A DNA stretch of 62,370 bases from Verrucomicrobiaceae bacterium (GTDB lineage: Bacteria > Verrucomicrobiota > Verrucomicrobiia > Verrucomicrobiales > Akkermansiaceae). Positions 53,384 to 62,370 of the stretch are shown here, in pieces. Position 1 is the first letter of the stretch; every line of letters starts with the position of its first letter. The DNA is taken from positions 1-62,370 of the forward strand of contig JAACFN010000002.1 in the NCBI GenBank assembly GCA_009937455.1, in the 5' to 3' direction. The notes under the pieces are model-generated. The model worked only from the letters and a program-made list of their open reading frames with translations, searched no databases and was not told the origin of the DNA. The translations under genes were made by a program, and so were the position numbers.

Positions 53384-54535
53384 ATGGACATGCACAGCTC
53401 TGCAGATTTTGATCAGATCATACCCCGGCGAGGTTCAGGCTCCATCAAATGGGATCGGTTTCCCAAGCTCGATCCCTTCTGGGTCGCTGACATGGACTTC
53501 ATGTCTCCGCCCTGTGTTCTTGAAGCACTTCAAGCACGGATCTCTCATGGGATTATGGGTTATGCTCAACCGCATGCAGGCCTCATGGAGGCTATTGATC
53601 ACTACTTGCAAAATAGACACCAGCTTGTCGTTGACGAAAAAGAGATCGTTCACCTCGGCGGCTTAGTACCTGCGCTCTCCATTGCTGCGCGTGCGTTCGG
53701 CTCTCCGGGAGATGCCGTCATGACCTGCACACCGATCTACCCTCCTTTTCTCTCCATACATCAGGATGCCAACATGGAGCTGATTTCCGTTCCTCATATT
53801 TTAACCGATGGCCGCTGGGGTTTTGATTGGCAGGCGATGGAAGCTGCTGTCACAGCAAACACGAAGATATTTCTTCTCAGTAACCCTCAAAACCCACTTG
53901 GTCGTGTCTTTTCAAAAGAGGAAATCGAGCAGCTAGCAGATTTCTGCCAGCGCCACGATATGATTTTGGTATCGGATGAGATCCACTGTGACCTCATACT
54001 TGATGAGGAGCAAACACCACACGTGTGCGCCGCCAGCCTTCCGGAGGAATTACAAAATCGGATCATCACACTACTCGCACCCAGCAAAACCTACAACATC
54101 GCTGGACTTGGTTACGCATTTGCCATCATCAAGGATGACTCGCTGCGGCGCAAGTTTTGCGCAGCCCGTGGCCACACCCTCCCCGAGATCAACTGCCTTG
54201 CATACTATGCTGCGGAAGCTGCCTACAAAGAGGGAGACGCATGGCGACAAGCATTACTGGCCTATTTACGCAATAACCGCGACACCCTGACTAGCTTTAT
54301 TGGCAAGCATATGCCCAGCCTCATTACTCCTGACATAGAAGCTACCTATCTAGCATGGATCGACTGCCGCACCATGAACAAAGAAAACCCAGCAAAGTTC
54401 TTTGAACAAGAAGCTGGCATCTACCTCTCGGACGGAGCCTTCTTTGGCAACCCGGGCCACGTCCGCTTCAATTTCGGATGTCCACACAGCCGGGTCATTG
54501 AAGGTCTTGAGAAAATGGCCAAAGTCATTGATTAA
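53384..54535 (+). CDS. PatB/MalY family PLP-dependent C-S lyase
   Basis: SIKWD, WVADMDF, NPQNPLG, SDEIHCD, APSKTYN.AGL, EATYLAWID, RFNFGCP. Confidence 0.92.
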   Translation: MDMHSSADFDQIIPRRGSGSIKWDRFPKLDPFWVADMDFMSPPCVLEALQARISHGIMGYAQPHAGLMEAIDHYLQNRHQLVVDEKEIVHLGGLVPALSIAARAFGSPGDAVMTCTPIYPPFLSIHQDANMELISVPHILTDGRWGFDWQAMEAAVTANTKIFLLSNPQNPLGRVFSKEEIEQLADFCQRHDMILVSDEIHCDLILDEEQTPHVCAASLPEELQNRIITLLAPSKTYNIAGLGYAFAIIKDDSLRRKFCAARGHTLPEINCLAYYAAEAAYKEGDAWRQALLAYLRNNRDTLTSFIGKHMPSLITPDIEATYLAWIDCRTMNKENPAKFFEQEAGIYLSDGAFFGNPGHVRFNFGCPHSRVIEGLEKMAKVID

Positions 54536-54568
54536 AAAAGCAGCCACCTTATGTTGGCCACTTATATC

Positions 54569-55291
54569 ATGAAATCTCTATTTCCGCTCACCATTCTCAC
54601 CTTCTTCCTACCCTGCCACCTCCCCGCTGATGTCAGCAAAGAAATCCAGCTTGGTGTGGAAGCCGTCGCGGGATACCGCAGTGGATATGTTTATCGAGGC
54701 TTTGAGCTAGCAGAGAGCACCATTGACTTTCAGGTAGAGACTGAGATCGCGCTCAGCAATCGCACCTCACTCAATCTTGGATCATGGTATGCTACAGAAA
54801 ACGGCAAGGGTGATTTTGATGAGTCTGCCTTTTTCTCCCACTTGCGATTCAAACAAACTGACCAATTCACTATTGGCCTAAGCGCCAGTTATCGCCATTT
54901 CGGCAACTCCAGCTCTCCGCTTAGCACTGCTTTCAAGGATGGTGTCGATGTGGGCACCTTTGCCACTTGGCAATTTAACGATGACTTCAGCACCACTGCC
55001 GGAGTTTATTACGATTTCGGCGCAGAAGCTTGGTATGGAAATGCAGAAACACAATGGTCCAAAGCCATCTCAGAAAAAACCTTCTTAGCACTCAACACCG
55101 GCATCAGTTATGTCGATGATTACTATGGTCGTGACGGCATCAACGACGCCTATAGTCGGCTATCACTAACTCACCACCTATCTGACACCGTATCCATCAC
55201 TCCCTATCTGGGTGGTTCTCTACTCTTAGACAGTAGTGATGCTGGTGATGACCAAGCTTTCGCTGGCCTCTGGTTCGAAGTCCGATTTTAA
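54569..55291 (+). CDS. putative outer-membrane beta-barrel protein
   Basis: Signal peptide, YRS.YVYRG motif, alternating aromatic strands, C-terminal WFEVRF. Confidence 0.65.
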   Translation: MKSLFPLTILTFFLPCHLPADVSKEIQLGVEAVAGYRSGYVYRGFELAESTIDFQVETEIALSNRTSLNLGSWYATENGKGDFDESAFFSHLRFKQTDQFTIGLSASYRHFGNSSSPLSTAFKDGVDVGTFATWQFNDDFSTTAGVYYDFGAEAWYGNAETQWSKAISEKTFLALNTGISYVDDYYGRDGINDAYSRLSLTHHLSDTVSITPYLGGSLLLDSSDAGDDQAFAGLWFEVRF

Positions 55292-55304
55292 TCCGTCATC
55301 ACCG

Positions 55305-56120
55305 ATGACTCTGACTGACTCACACTGCCACCTGGCTTCGCAGAAATTTTCATCTGACGAGCTCGGCGACATTATTGCCCGAGCACGGGAACGCGGCGTG
55401 CAGCGTATGGTCACCTTAGCCACATGCTTGGATGACTGCCCTCAGAACATATCCATTGCCGAGCAACACCCAGAGGTTTATGCATGCATAGGCATTCACC
55501 CATGTGATGTTCACGAAACAGACGATCATTACATCCACGAACTACAAATTCATGCGAGTCACCCGCGGTGTGTTGCTATTGGTGAAACAGGCCTCGACTA
55601 CTACCACCCTGCACCAGAGGGATGGTCAAATGATCAATATCACAGCAGACAACAAGAGTTTCTTGCGCAGCACTTTGAGCTGGCAGCTAAACTCGGTAAA
55701 AATATCGTCATCCATACCCGTGACCGCTCCGGTGAGGCTTCACTCCAAGATGCCATCAGCATCTATCGTAAGTATGCAGATCAAGTTCGTGCAGTATTTC
55801 ACTGCTTCCCCTTCAGCCTGGAAGCTGCCCAGCCGATACTCGACCTAGGAGGACTTATCTCTTTTACCGGAATCGCCACCTTTAAAAATGCAGCGACTGT
55901 TATTGAAACCGCCACGAACTGCCCTGCAGGTTCTTTCATGCTTGAGACCGACTCACCTTATCTTGCTCCCGTTCCGCATCGAGGCCAACGCAATGAACCA
56001 GCATTCACTTACTTCACAGCGGAGGCCATTGCTAAAGCAAGAGGCGAAAGCCTTGCAGATCTAGCCGCCCACACTGAGGCTACCGTGAATGAATTTTACG
56101 GTATTGGTGCAGCTTTATAG
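55305..56120 (+). CDS. tatD: TatD family hydrolase
   Basis: DSHCHL, GIHP, IGETGLDY, IHTRD, FHCF, LETDSPYLAP.P.RG.RNEP. Confidence 0.93.
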   Translation: MTLTDSHCHLASQKFSSDELGDIIARARERGVQRMVTLATCLDDCPQNISIAEQHPEVYACIGIHPCDVHETDDHYIHELQIHASHPRCVAIGETGLDYYHPAPEGWSNDQYHSRQQEFLAQHFELAAKLGKNIVIHTRDRSGEASLQDAISIYRKYADQVRAVFHCFPFSLEAAQPILDLGGLISFTGIATFKNAATVIETATNCPAGSFMLETDSPYLAPVPHRGQRNEPAFTYFTAEAIAKARGESLADLAAHTEATVNEFYGIGAAL

Positions 56121-56309
56121 AGAGAACGAGAGCCCCCCAGATCTACGCTATATCTACAGGCTCATGAGGTTTTCCAGATCAGATGAAAGCCCAGCCGAAC
56201 TCATGGCGTTTTTATAATATCCCTATTTTACAAAATTCATCCACGTGTTAATGAAACGGAGGGTGAAAATTAACCATCACCTCAACCTGAGACACCATAC
56301 TATTCCATT

Positions 56310-56786
56310 ATGAAAACCGCTACCCTACTACTTATCGCAACTTGCCTTGCCCCGCTTCTATTTAGTGCCTGCTCCACGGGTTCAGGATACAGTACGTGGA
56401 ATGGCAATAATTCAGGACCGTCTGGCGCAGCTAACCCATACGGAGTTCCTCGTGCTGGCGGCGAGCTAGGCAGCTACCCGCAAGCCCCAACGGCTCCAGC
56501 CGCTCCAACAGTTCCAGAGAACAACCCATACCAAACCCTCCCCGCCATCACTCACGCGGCCAGCCCTACTACTCCATCTACAGCTCCTAGCTCAGCCTCA
56601 ACCAGTACGCTCGATGGTGCACCCACCCCAATCGCTGCCTCAACCACCTACACCGTGGTATCAGGCGACAGCCTCTGGGGTATCGCCCGCAAAAACGGCA
56701 CCAGCGTTGAGGCCATTCAGTCCGCTAATGGGCTCAGCAATACAACGATTCGAATTGGGCAACAATTAACCATCCCCAGTAACTAA
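56310..56786 (+). CDS. LysM domain lipoprotein
   Basis: FSAC lipobox, P/T/S linker, YTVVSGDSLWGIARK...ANGL...IGQQLTIP. Confidence 0.9.
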   Translation: MKTATLLLIATCLAPLLFSACSTGSGYSTWNGNNSGPSGAANPYGVPRAGGELGSYPQAPTAPAAPTVPENNPYQTLPAITHAASPTTPSTAPSSASTSTLDGAPTPIAASTTYTVVSGDSLWGIARKNGTSVEAIQSANGLSNTTIRIGQQLTIPSN

Positions 56787-56821
56787 CACGGCAAGCAAAG
56801 CTAGCATCATCTGATTTATTC

Positions 56822-56857
56822 AGCGGACGATCCTGTATTAGGATCGTCCGCTTTTTT
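56822..56857 (+). terminator. intrinsic terminator after LysM gene
   Basis: agcggacgatcct-gtatt-aggatcgtccgct + T-run. Confidence 0.85.
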
Positions 56858-56898
56858 AGTGTTGGTATTTTAACGTCAAGCACCCCAAGGTTTGCGTC

Positions 56899-57876
56899 AT
56901 GAAATCTTTGATACTCTGCTTAATATTAGGCACCCATGTGATCGCACTCGAAAACCCAGCTCCCTTGGAAGTTGATAGCGTAACTACTATACAAACCAGC
57001 AAGGTCAAAGACGCTGCTCTGGAAAAACTTTTCACCACCTTGGGACAAGATGAATTTGCAACAGCCCTCAAAGAGGCTCAACAAGCAGACGTCCACCCCC
57101 AAGTTTTACTCGAAGCTCGCTTTCTCAATTTCATTGATCTTGGCAACAACGCAGCCATTGCCGCCATGGCACCAGAACTCAGCAAGAAACGTGACACCTT
57201 TGACCCTAATCACTCAGAGGTATTTGCACTTAAAGACGACTGGCTAGCAATCGTTCACTATGCTCAAGCACTGGCTGCACTCGAAAACAACAACAAGGGA
57301 GACTTCAAAAAACATATCACCGAAGCATTTTGGCTAAGCCCACGTCAAGCACAGGCTTTCGGCCCACACATCGAAAGGCTCCAACTAGAGGAAGCCATGC
57401 AATCCTTGAAACTACCTCTCAATCAACCGCTTAAATCTCAAATAAATGGCAAATCAACCCCCCTAGCCCAGTATATAGCGGGCAACAAAGCTATCATCCT
57501 CTACTTCTGGAACCCCATGAGCCAGGAGATACAGATCAACCTAGCTGACTTCATCGTTACAACGCAGACCTGCCATCAAAACAACATTCCTGTGTTAGCT
57601 ATCTTAACAGGCCAATATCCGGGCATCATTCAAGATGCAGAAACCATCCGCAAAGAGGACGCCACAAAGGCTCAATGCGCATGGCTCGTTGACTCTAACA
57701 AAAAGTTGCTCAGTAGTCTATTACGCGTAAGAGACATCCCCACGATGGTCATCGTATCACCGGAAGGAAAAATTTTATTTAACGGCCACCCAGCAGACAA
57801 AACATTTTGGACCACACTAGAAAAACTATCACCAAAATTCAAACGACCTAACAGCAAACGGAAAAACGACTCATAA
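56899..57876 (+). CDS. secreted protein, helical N-terminus + TlpA/thioredoxin-like fold lacking CxxC
   Basis: Signal peptide; K.IILYFWNPMS, V..IPTMVIVSPEGKI..NGHP. Confidence 0.65.
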   Translation: MKSLILCLILGTHVIALENPAPLEVDSVTTIQTSKVKDAALEKLFTTLGQDEFATALKEAQQADVHPQVLLEARFLNFIDLGNNAAIAAMAPELSKKRDTFDPNHSEVFALKDDWLAIVHYAQALAALENNNKGDFKKHITEAFWLSPRQAQAFGPHIERLQLEEAMQSLKLPLNQPLKSQINGKSTPLAQYIAGNKAIILYFWNPMSQEIQINLADFIVTTQTCHQNNIPVLAILTGQYPGIIQDAETIRKEDATKAQCAWLVDSNKKLLSSLLRVRDIPTMVIVSPEGKILFNGHPADKTFWTTLEKLSPKFKRPNSKRKNDS

Positions 57877-57994
57877 CAGATCAAAACACGAAACATCATT
57901 TTAAAAAATACTTTGCTAAAGTTTAATTCCCTCCTTGACCAAACGAACCTGTTAGAGCATTGTCATCTATAAAGAGAGTTTACGTTTACGATGC

Positions 57995-58016
57995 AGATAA
58001 CTTTTAAAAGTTATCT
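57995..58016. promoter_or_regulatory. perfect 22-bp palindrome upstream of histone H1-like gene
   Basis: AGATAACTTTTAAAAGTTATCT. Confidence 0.5.
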
Positions 58017-58126
58017 CTGAATAAATAAAGCAATCTAACAACAAACATCCGCAAAAACTAAGATGCCCTAAACAGCAGACCTTCGGATTCCAACTACCCT
58101 AACAAACAGTATAATACAATACCACT

Positions 58127-58630
58127 ATGGCAGCCAAAAAAAAGACCGCTAAGAAGAAAGCCGCACCGCGCAAGGCCAAAAAAGCCGCAGCAAAGCGTGT
58201 AGCTAAGAAGCCCGCTAAGAAGCCAGCTAAAAAAGCCGCTAAGAAGCCAGCTAAGAAGCCAGCTAAAAAAGTAGCCAAGAAGCCAGCTAAAAAAGCAACC
58301 AAGAAAAAGGTAGCTAAGAAGCCAGCTAAAAAAGCAGCCAAGAAAAAGGCAGCTAAGAAGCCAGCTAAAAAAGCAGCCAAGAAAAAGGTAGCTAAAAAAG
58401 CCAAGAAAGCAGCCAAGAAGAAGGTAGCTAAAAAGCCAGCCAAGAAGAAGGTAGCTAAGAAGCCAGCCAAGAAAAAGGTAGCTAAGAAGGCTAAGAAAAA
58501 AGCAGCCAAGAAAAAGGTAGCTAAAAAGCCTGCTAAGAAGGCAGCCAAGAAAAAAGCAGCTAAGAAGCCAGCTAAGAAAAAGGCAGCCAAAAAGCCAGCT
58601 AAGAAGAAAGCAGCTAAGAAGCGTAAGTAA
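58127..58630 (+). CDS. histone H1-like (Hc2-like) nucleoid protein
   Basis: 167 aa almost entirely K/A/P/V in KKPAKKAAKK / KKVAKK repeats; followed by terminator. Confidence 0.85.
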   Translation: MAAKKKTAKKKAAPRKAKKAAAKRVAKKPAKKPAKKAAKKPAKKPAKKVAKKPAKKATKKKVAKKPAKKAAKKKAAKKPAKKAAKKKVAKKAKKAAKKKVAKKPAKKKVAKKPAKKKVAKKAKKKAAKKKVAKKPAKKAAKKKAAKKPAKKKAAKKPAKKKAAKKRK

Positions 58631-58653
58631 TCTTCAATTACAGTTCATACATC

Positions 58654-58688
58654 AACCTCGACTTCCTCACGGAAGTCGGGGTTTTTTT
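58654..58688 (+). terminator. intrinsic terminator after histone-like gene
   Basis: aacctcgacttcc-tcac-ggaagtcggggttttttt. Confidence 0.8.
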
Positions 58689-58690
58689 GT

Positions 58691-58717
58691 GCCCCTACCG
58701 CCCCTACCGCCCCTACC
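58691..58717. repeat. 9-bp tandem repeat x3 (GCCCCTACC)
   Basis: Direct reading; on minus strand gives three in-frame TAG stops. Confidence 0.85.
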
Positions 58718-59499
58718 AATCAACAACTGGCAATACCATTCTAAAAACACCAACAGAGCGGCCTGCATTAGTATCAGGCCTCGCATCGTAGAGTGTGTAG
58801 AGGTGGATACCACTTCCCCTTCCAAGCTTAACCGCCATATTATAAATGATTTTTCGCTGCTTCCCGTATCTCGCTGCTAAATGATACAAAACGCCTTGGT
58901 GATTTCGCCGGTATCCAATCAGCTGACCTGGATCAACGTTAGCTATAGTATCACCAAATGCATGCAGTCACAAACTGCTTATCTTTTAAGCGTCCTGCAC
59001 CTGGTGCAATAACCGTGACATGGGGTTTATCCATCCACGGCCTATTTTTATTTTTCAATAACGACAATGGCGACAAGAATATCACTCTGCGCATACCAGC
59101 TTCTCCAGAAGGTATGGTCACATAGGGTTCATAAGCATCAGCTAACTTTTTATAGAGCACAAAATCTTCCCCCGCTTTAATCGATCGCATCGCTGTCGTA
59201 TTATTAAATGCAATCTGGAATGGCCTCCAGGTTTCTGTGACTTGTGAATTTTCCACATCATTCTCAAACCCCTGATAATACAGCTTACTTGGTGGCACTT
59301 CACCTACTTGAGGTAGCAGCATGGCAGCGTCTCCACGATTTCCTCCTGCACTATATCTTCTGGGTGGAACGGGACCCAGAGCAACTACCATGATCTTCGT
59401 TTGCAGAGTGAGTTCCGGCTCCTCCCCTCTTGATTGATCACACCCCACAGCAATGATTGCCATAAAGATTGTCACTAAGCCTATCTTGATCATCGTCAT
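58713..59499 (-). pseudogene. putative lipoprotein, frameshifted at ~58968
   Basis: ORF 58951-59499 (AVGC lipobox) continues in another frame 58967-58713: LHAFGDTIANVDPGQLIGY...TNAGRSVGVFRMVLPVVDW*. Confidence 0.65.
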
Positions 59500-62370
59500 T
59501 TATATTTCTTCCCGTTGTAACCATCGAAAGCTTTTGAGCTTATATTTCCTACCTAAATTTTCGTTCGCAGCACTAAGCTGCCCCCATTCATAAGCTCCTG
59601 TGGCCGGATGAATTGAAATCAAATCGTCTAGTGGTCCATTGCCACTTGCTTGACTCACCCCCGATGACTTGTGATCAACATAATAAGGGGTACGCTCAAC
59701 TATTGCCTCAAGCCATGCACGCGCTTGAATGATTCCTCCAACGGAGCATTCGCCATATGCGCGTATCGTAAATGTATCTCCCCTTGCAGCTATGAAGGGA
59801 GCTAGAGGGTGAAGAATATCCCCCTGTGTTAAAAATCCAGGAACACCCCAGGCCTTACTCGTCGGCTGGACCGTATTCCACTTATCATCGTATCGATAAC
59901 GATATCCTTCCTGAAAGACCTGCATATTGTTATCTGGAGCATCGGAGGATGCCTCAACATTTACCGACGTTGATAATTGCGTAGCCAGACGCTCAAAGTT
60001 TTTGTTCAATCCGCAGCTTTGTATGGCTGCATCAATAGTCCCCATGGACGATGTTTGATCCTGATCCGATACTAGCCTGCGGTTCACAAAATCAGCAATA
60101 GAGATAAAAGGGCCTCTTTTTTTAACTTCCTGAACGATATTGGCCGCGAGCATTCTCACCTCATCGGCAGTAAGTTGACGTGCGCCCATCCACCCCCCCG
60201 GTTGATCGGGAGCAGCAGCACCCGTATCGGCCAAACCCTTCGGTTGGCGATACCTCGCAAATGACACCATACTAGCGCTTGCTACTCCTGATGGCAGAGG
60301 GCGGCTCAGAGGGCGGTTAATACCGAGTGTGCCCGACAAAAAGCATGTCCATGCTTCTACTGATGTTGAGTTTATATTGAACGCAGAGCGGTTTTTAAAA
60401 TATTCTGCACTTCTCCAAAATGCCCAATTCACGCCCTCATCACTCAAAAGCATACTTCTGACCGCCTCCTTGGGCTGCTGAGCGTCTTCGTTAAATTGAT
60501 AGCGCCTATTCCACAAATACTTACCCTGATCAGGGTTCCACAAGAATCGTCGCCCCTCTTCATCGAGAGGAATGCTGGAGAAAAAATACCCGTCCCATAA
60601 ATTATGGTTCACTTCATAGGCAGCATCATAAGCCAATACTTCATCTGCTGAGCTGTGCTGCAAGTCACCCACTTCTCTGAGTGCCGATTGATTGCCTATT
60701 TGCAACAAGCCTTGAGAGTCAGATATAGTACAGCGCGCGCCATGACCTGAAGTCTTACCGCCTTCTTTGGCCGCTGCTTTCCCAATAAGATAATCCCAAC
60801 GACTTGCAGCGCTGTCATTAGACTCAAGTGAAGTAGCAACAGCATAGGCCGTGGAATCTGCCGGAGCATGCATATCTCTCAAGGAATGACCCACCAAGTA
60901 ACTAGGGCTCCATGAATAGGGGCTCAGCATGGCATGGCGCAGGCCAGCTACAGAGATCACGCCATAATCTTCAGAGGGTAAATCGAACAGCACTACATTT
61001 GGAAAAAAAGAAAAATCAACAGCCAAGCCAAAGGGGTTTTTAACAAAGCCATTGATGGACGGGGCAGGTATATCATGAACGTCCATAGGCCGCTGCGGAA
61101 CAAACTGAAGCAGCCATGGTCCCGTGCTATTCATATACCACTTGTTGGCGCATTGACTCGCAGGCGACCGGCTGACCAATTGAGCCCTTACATTCCAGTT
61201 GGCTATGGGGCAGACGTTATACACCATATGATCTTCTCTCCACCTTGCAGTCGTTGACGTTCCATGACGATGGGGCGATCGATTAGCCGGGTCTCCCTCC
61301 CCCACCTTTTCATTCAGCCATAATAACTTGGCACCCACTTGATGGGTATGGGGGGCGTTTTTTACAGGCGCCTCATCAAATGTTTGCAAATGGCCAAAAC
61401 TCAGATCCTTTTGGTTTGCTGAGCCCCAGTATAAACCATTGCGATGAAATGTTTTAGTCGACTTAGCCCCCCCGGCGCCATTGTTGACCAGCTGTATAGT
61501 CGGGTGCTTAAAGCTGCTGTAAAGATCCTTAAGCGAAGCCGCCTGTCCGAGCTTAAGCATAAACGGGAAATTCTCCACTTTGCCATCAGTTTGCAAATCA
61601 AGCGCCGGCTGGTAGTCAAAAATCCTCCCAAAGTCTACATGCCCAAGATGTGCTTTGATACTTCTCCATTGGGGGGTCTGCACCTCATAAGCAACAGATG
61701 CATCATGATCATAGAAAAAATGATCCTCTCCTTGGGTAGAATGCGGACTCAACACATTGTCTGACACCGCATCCAGCTTGTAATGCTCTATATTGATACC
61801 CCCTGAGGACAAGTCCCCCCTCACCTTAGGTGAGAATACCAGACACTGGCCAGCTGACAAAATAGCAGGCTCTAAGGTAAAAGCCAAATATCGGCGCGGT
61901 GGAAAGGGATTCGTTCTAATTTTATAAACATCACCTCCTGCATAGCCGCTCTTTTCAACCCAACGGTCGAAGACCTCGATACTTTTAGACTTCAGCTCTT
62001 GCTCCACATACTCCTTTTCAGGAAAGAAGTGCATGCCATGCTTCACACCATAATACGGATTGGGCATAACTACAGATAAGGCCTTAGTTTTTAAGGACCT
62101 ATTGTATGGATTCCACAAACAAACACGAGGGATGATATGGGTTCGAATACGGTTGTTGTGGTGTGAAAAATAATAATGCCAACGACATTCCGTCATCACT
62201 GGATGAATCTTCGGAGCATGCTCTGCCCATTTCGAGACATCTGCACAGGCACCATCAGATATACCGTGAGGCCAATGAGTAGAGGGGCGCATACGCATTG
62301 CCTGTTTATCAAAAGCGGTCTCCGCATACTCCAAATCTGAGTACTTATGCTGCGCCCAATCTCTCATTGC
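59500..62370 (-). CDS. large Verrucomicrobia PilX/Verru_Chthon protein A-like pilus-associated protein, C-terminal part (5' end outside window)
   Basis: LWNPYN, FNINSTSVEAW, LA..IVQEVKKRGPF.S.ADFVNRRL, PGFLTQGD, RGDTFTIRAYG, EA.VER.P, GRKYKL.SFRWL. Confidence 0.65.
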   Translation of the reverse strand, partial: AMRDWAQHKYSDLEYAETAFDKQAMRMRPSTHWPHGISDGACADVSKWAEHAPKIHPVMTECRWHYYFSHHNNRIRTHIIPRVCLWNPYNRSLKTKALSVVMPNPYYGVKHGMHFFPEKEYVEQELKSKSIEVFDRWVEKSGYAGGDVYKIRTNPFPPRRYLAFTLEPAILSAGQCLVFSPKVRGDLSSGGINIEHYKLDAVSDNVLSPHSTQGEDHFFYDHDASVAYEVQTPQWRSIKAHLGHVDFGRIFDYQPALDLQTDGKVENFPFMLKLGQAASLKDLYSSFKHPTIQLVNNGAGGAKSTKTFHRNGLYWGSANQKDLSFGHLQTFDEAPVKNAPHTHQVGAKLLWLNEKVGEGDPANRSPHRHGTSTTARWREDHMVYNVCPIANWNVRAQLVSRSPASQCANKWYMNSTGPWLLQFVPQRPMDVHDIPAPSINGFVKNPFGLAVDFSFFPNVVLFDLPSEDYGVISVAGLRHAMLSPYSWSPSYLVGHSLRDMHAPADSTAYAVATSLESNDSAASRWDYLIGKAAAKEGGKTSGHGARCTISDSQGLLQIGNQSALREVGDLQHSSADEVLAYDAAYEVNHNLWDGYFFSSIPLDEEGRRFLWNPDQGKYLWNRRYQFNEDAQQPKEAVRSMLLSDEGVNWAFWRSAEYFKNRSAFNINSTSVEAWTCFLSGTLGINRPLSRPLPSGVASASMVSFARYRQPKGLADTGAAAPDQPGGWMGARQLTADEVRMLAANIVQEVKKRGPFISIADFVNRRLVSDQDQTSSMGTIDAAIQSCGLNKNFERLATQLSTSVNVEASSDAPDNNMQVFQEGYRYRYDDKWNTVQPTSKAWGVPGFLTQGDILHPLAPFIAARGDTFTIRAYGECSVGGIIQARAWLEAIVERTPYYVDHKSSGVSQASGNGPLDDLISIHPATGAYEWGQLSAANENLGRKYKLKSFRWLQREEI

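Noticed and set aside
58099-58590. 163-aa Phe/Leu/Ala membrane-like ORF
   Set aside because: Antisense mirror of the histone-like gene; terminator orientation supports + strand
58140-58625. Repeat array as CRISPR or VNTR
   Set aside because: Degenerate codon-level repeats with no spacers and no cas genes

Overview
Core-genome segment of a Verrucomicrobiota bacterium, most likely Verrucomicrobiales. This is inferred from protein style, a DUF5069-like gene and a large PilX/Verru_Chthon-A-like gene. The centre is a ~15 kb fused str-S10-spc ribosomal protein operon on the minus strand (rpsL to secY). It lacks tuf, rpsN and rpmD, carries a secreted coiled-coil protein gene between rpsS and rplV, ends in a SecY with an extra C-terminal membrane helix, and has a long structured 5' leader. 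A second, divergently transcribed EF-G of a different subfamily lies next to it. Flanks hold heme genes (ccsA-hemA-hemC, hemB), efp, fbaA, ilvA, serA, cysS, kdsD, two tRNAs and a stand-alone C-minus L36. Less ordinary flanking genes are a methyltransferase/FAD-oxidoreductase/type III PKS trio, a class A PBP with a degenerate transpeptidase site, a DUF455 diiron/ATP-grasp fusion and two histone H1-like proteins. There is also a DnaA-box cluster. Three genes show apparent ~25-35 nt deletions that may be assembly artefacts. No CRISPR array, IS element or prophage was seen. All family calls come from motif recognition by eye, not database searches.
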